DNA of 64,000 nucleotides. Origin: Paecilomyces variotii. Taxonomy: Eukaryota. The DNA is taken from assembly GCA_004022145.1 (NCBI GenBank), contig RCNU01000005.1. One strand, written 5' to 3'. Each line of letters opens with the position of its first letter. Position 1 is the first letter of the stretch. This document shows positions 62,377 to 64,000 of this stretch, one piece after another. The notes beneath the pieces are model-generated. The model was not told the origin of the DNA and did no database searches. It was given only the letters and a program-made list of their open reading frames with translations. A program made the translations under genes and the position numbers.

Positions 62377-64000
62377 TTAACCTTGCAATATTGAACTCTG
62401 CATGATAGCCATTGAATTCAACCCACAGTCCTTCGCACGCCAGATCTCTTGGAGAGTCTCTCGCGCCCGACGAAAATGTCGCATCTGGAAATGCTTTTCC
62501 AGCCCATACAGTACTCTAACCGCCGACTCTCGCTCCAGCACGTGCTTGCTCATCAGGTCCGGCGCAATAATACTGATCGGCCAGAGAAGGATATTTCCCA
62601 CTGGAGAATGAGCCGGTAGGAGATTCAGCAGCCGGATCGCGTGACGGTGATAGTGGAAAGGATCGTTATCTTCTTGTATGGAATCTGGGAATCGCTCATT
62701 CTCAAAGCCGATCATGTGGCCATAGTGGATGATGGCGGCCGCTCGGTAAATCTCTGCAGCGATATCGTAATCTGAGGATTTCGAAGACTCCATTCCTGGC
62801 GATATTCCGCTAGATTTCTCTAGACAATGACTAGGAAACCAGTTCAGGTTCCCGTCCCAGTTGCTGATATGGGATAATGTGACTGATTGGTCACCGATGT
62901 TGATCCGTGCGATTAGACTTGGATAGTAATATTGATCGCTATACATTTCATCATTTGATAGTGTTGCCGTCGATGCTGAAGTGTTAGTCATATCGATATA
63001 AAACCACGATAATGTCCTCATCCGCAGCGACGTCGAAGCCACAAGGTCATTATACGCAAACATATGAAGTAGGAACCGATAATGCTCACTGCTCCGGCAC
63101 TGGGGAGGAAATATCCTATCTGCGTTATTGAATATGTGACTGATAAAGTCAAGATGCGGCTTCCAGTTCTGGTGATCTTCCCCGGAGAGCTTTTCATAGA
63201 TCAGCATGATTGTGACGCATGTCACTAGACATAGTAAGTCTGCACTTGCTGTGGGGTTGAGAGCTTGCGGGCTGGAGATTCCATTGTGGATGTTGCTTAA
63301 TGTCTTTCGGCAGATTTCGATCGTACGTTGTTTTGCGCGGAGTGTTTCTTGTTGGAGATGGTCCCATTCATCGCCCCATGTTTGGGCACCACTGAGGGCA
63401 AGTAGAGCTGTCAAGATAGTTTCGCTAGCGAAGGCCATTGGAAGAAGGATGGAAAGGAATGGATTGGATGGTGTTTGGCAGCTGGGGTAGATTCTGGAGA
63501 AGCGGTTTATGTATCGGTCGAAAAGAAGTGCTTGTTTTGGGTTGAGATGTCGAGGATTGATTCGAAGGGATTCATGAAGAGGGAAAGTGATTTGATTCAA
63601 TGGTGTCTCGTCGAATATAGAGTCGATATCATCGTGAGGAATCTCGCTGATTGAGCCAGGACCGTTCCCAGATTGACCTCTACCCTGAGCTTCAAACCCC
63701 TGAGACGTCCGCAAATGTGTTATCGGAAGAGCACTATGTTGAGAACCAACTTGTTCATTATTCCCTTTCGGACCCCGTCTCTTCATACCTATGCGTCGTC
63801 GATCATCTTCCCAGACGATCTCGGCTGTGTATCCAGCACATGAGAGACCGAGCCTATCGCAGTTGTGGCAGGCTGGGACTCTCCCATCGCATTTCTTCTT
63901 CCTATATCAAGGCATCATGTCAAGATCATAGGACGACAAATATTTGAATTGCAACTATATGGGAGTCCTAGTCAGGGATACCTCTTTCTGCATGTCCAGC
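62377..64000 (-). CDS. Zn(II)2Cys6 transcription factor with fungal-specific TF domain (5' end beyond window)
   Basis: Exon fragment 64000-63982 (CWTCRK), intron 63981-63902, then RKKKCDGRVPACHNCDRLGLSC in frame with ORF 62377-63786 (NPFLSILLPMA, WKPHL, LLWPISII). Confidence 0.88.

Noticed and set aside
5528..62379. Stop-codon readthrough or cryptic peroxisomal extensions
   Set aside because: None of the called stop codons is followed by CTA or CARYYA readthrough context.
1..64000. Telomerase RNA gene near TERT
   Set aside because: By eye I found no ~1.5-repeat template such as TAACCCTAA or TTAGGGTTA in intergenic DNA. Partial matches (~18457, ~22084, ~23160) are at chance level and GTTAGGGTT at ~59960 is inside a CDS. 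A non-TTAGGG telomere repeat cannot be excluded without a covariance-model search.

Overview
Gene-dense, intron-containing eukaryotic DNA from a filamentous ascomycete. The gene set and the short GT-AG introns with CTRAY branch sites point to Eurotiales; the species cannot be determined here. I can support 15 protein-coding genes, in order: atg1 (runs off the left edge), a Sec59-like dolichol kinase, dph6, a seb1/msnA-type C2H2 factor, a thioredoxin-PITH protein (Txl1-like), dph4, ccp1, an ArfGAP-UBA protein, a HAL/NPR-type kinase, a Na/K-ATPase-like P-type pump, a TBC protein, a DUF202 membrane protein, telomerase reverse transcriptase, a DH-BAR-SH3 RhoGEF and a Zn2Cys6 factor (runs off the right edge). 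There is also one 368-bp Tc1/mariner/pogo-type MITE. Most of the window is conserved housekeeping sequence. The best candidate for an undescribed system is a kinase that has lost its catalytic Asp (HRD to HRN) and its Gly-loop, lying head-to-head with a P-type IIC-like pump with non-canonical ion-binding residues, followed by a TBC protein lacking both catalytic fingers. Smaller signals: a nested MITE architecture, a two-way CBC:HapX-type site upstream of ccp1, competing hairpins around a splice donor in the Txl1-like gene, and several uORF/intron arrangements. I found no telomerase RNA template, tRNA, rRNA or CRISPR. All calls come from manual reading and motif recognition, with no database searches.
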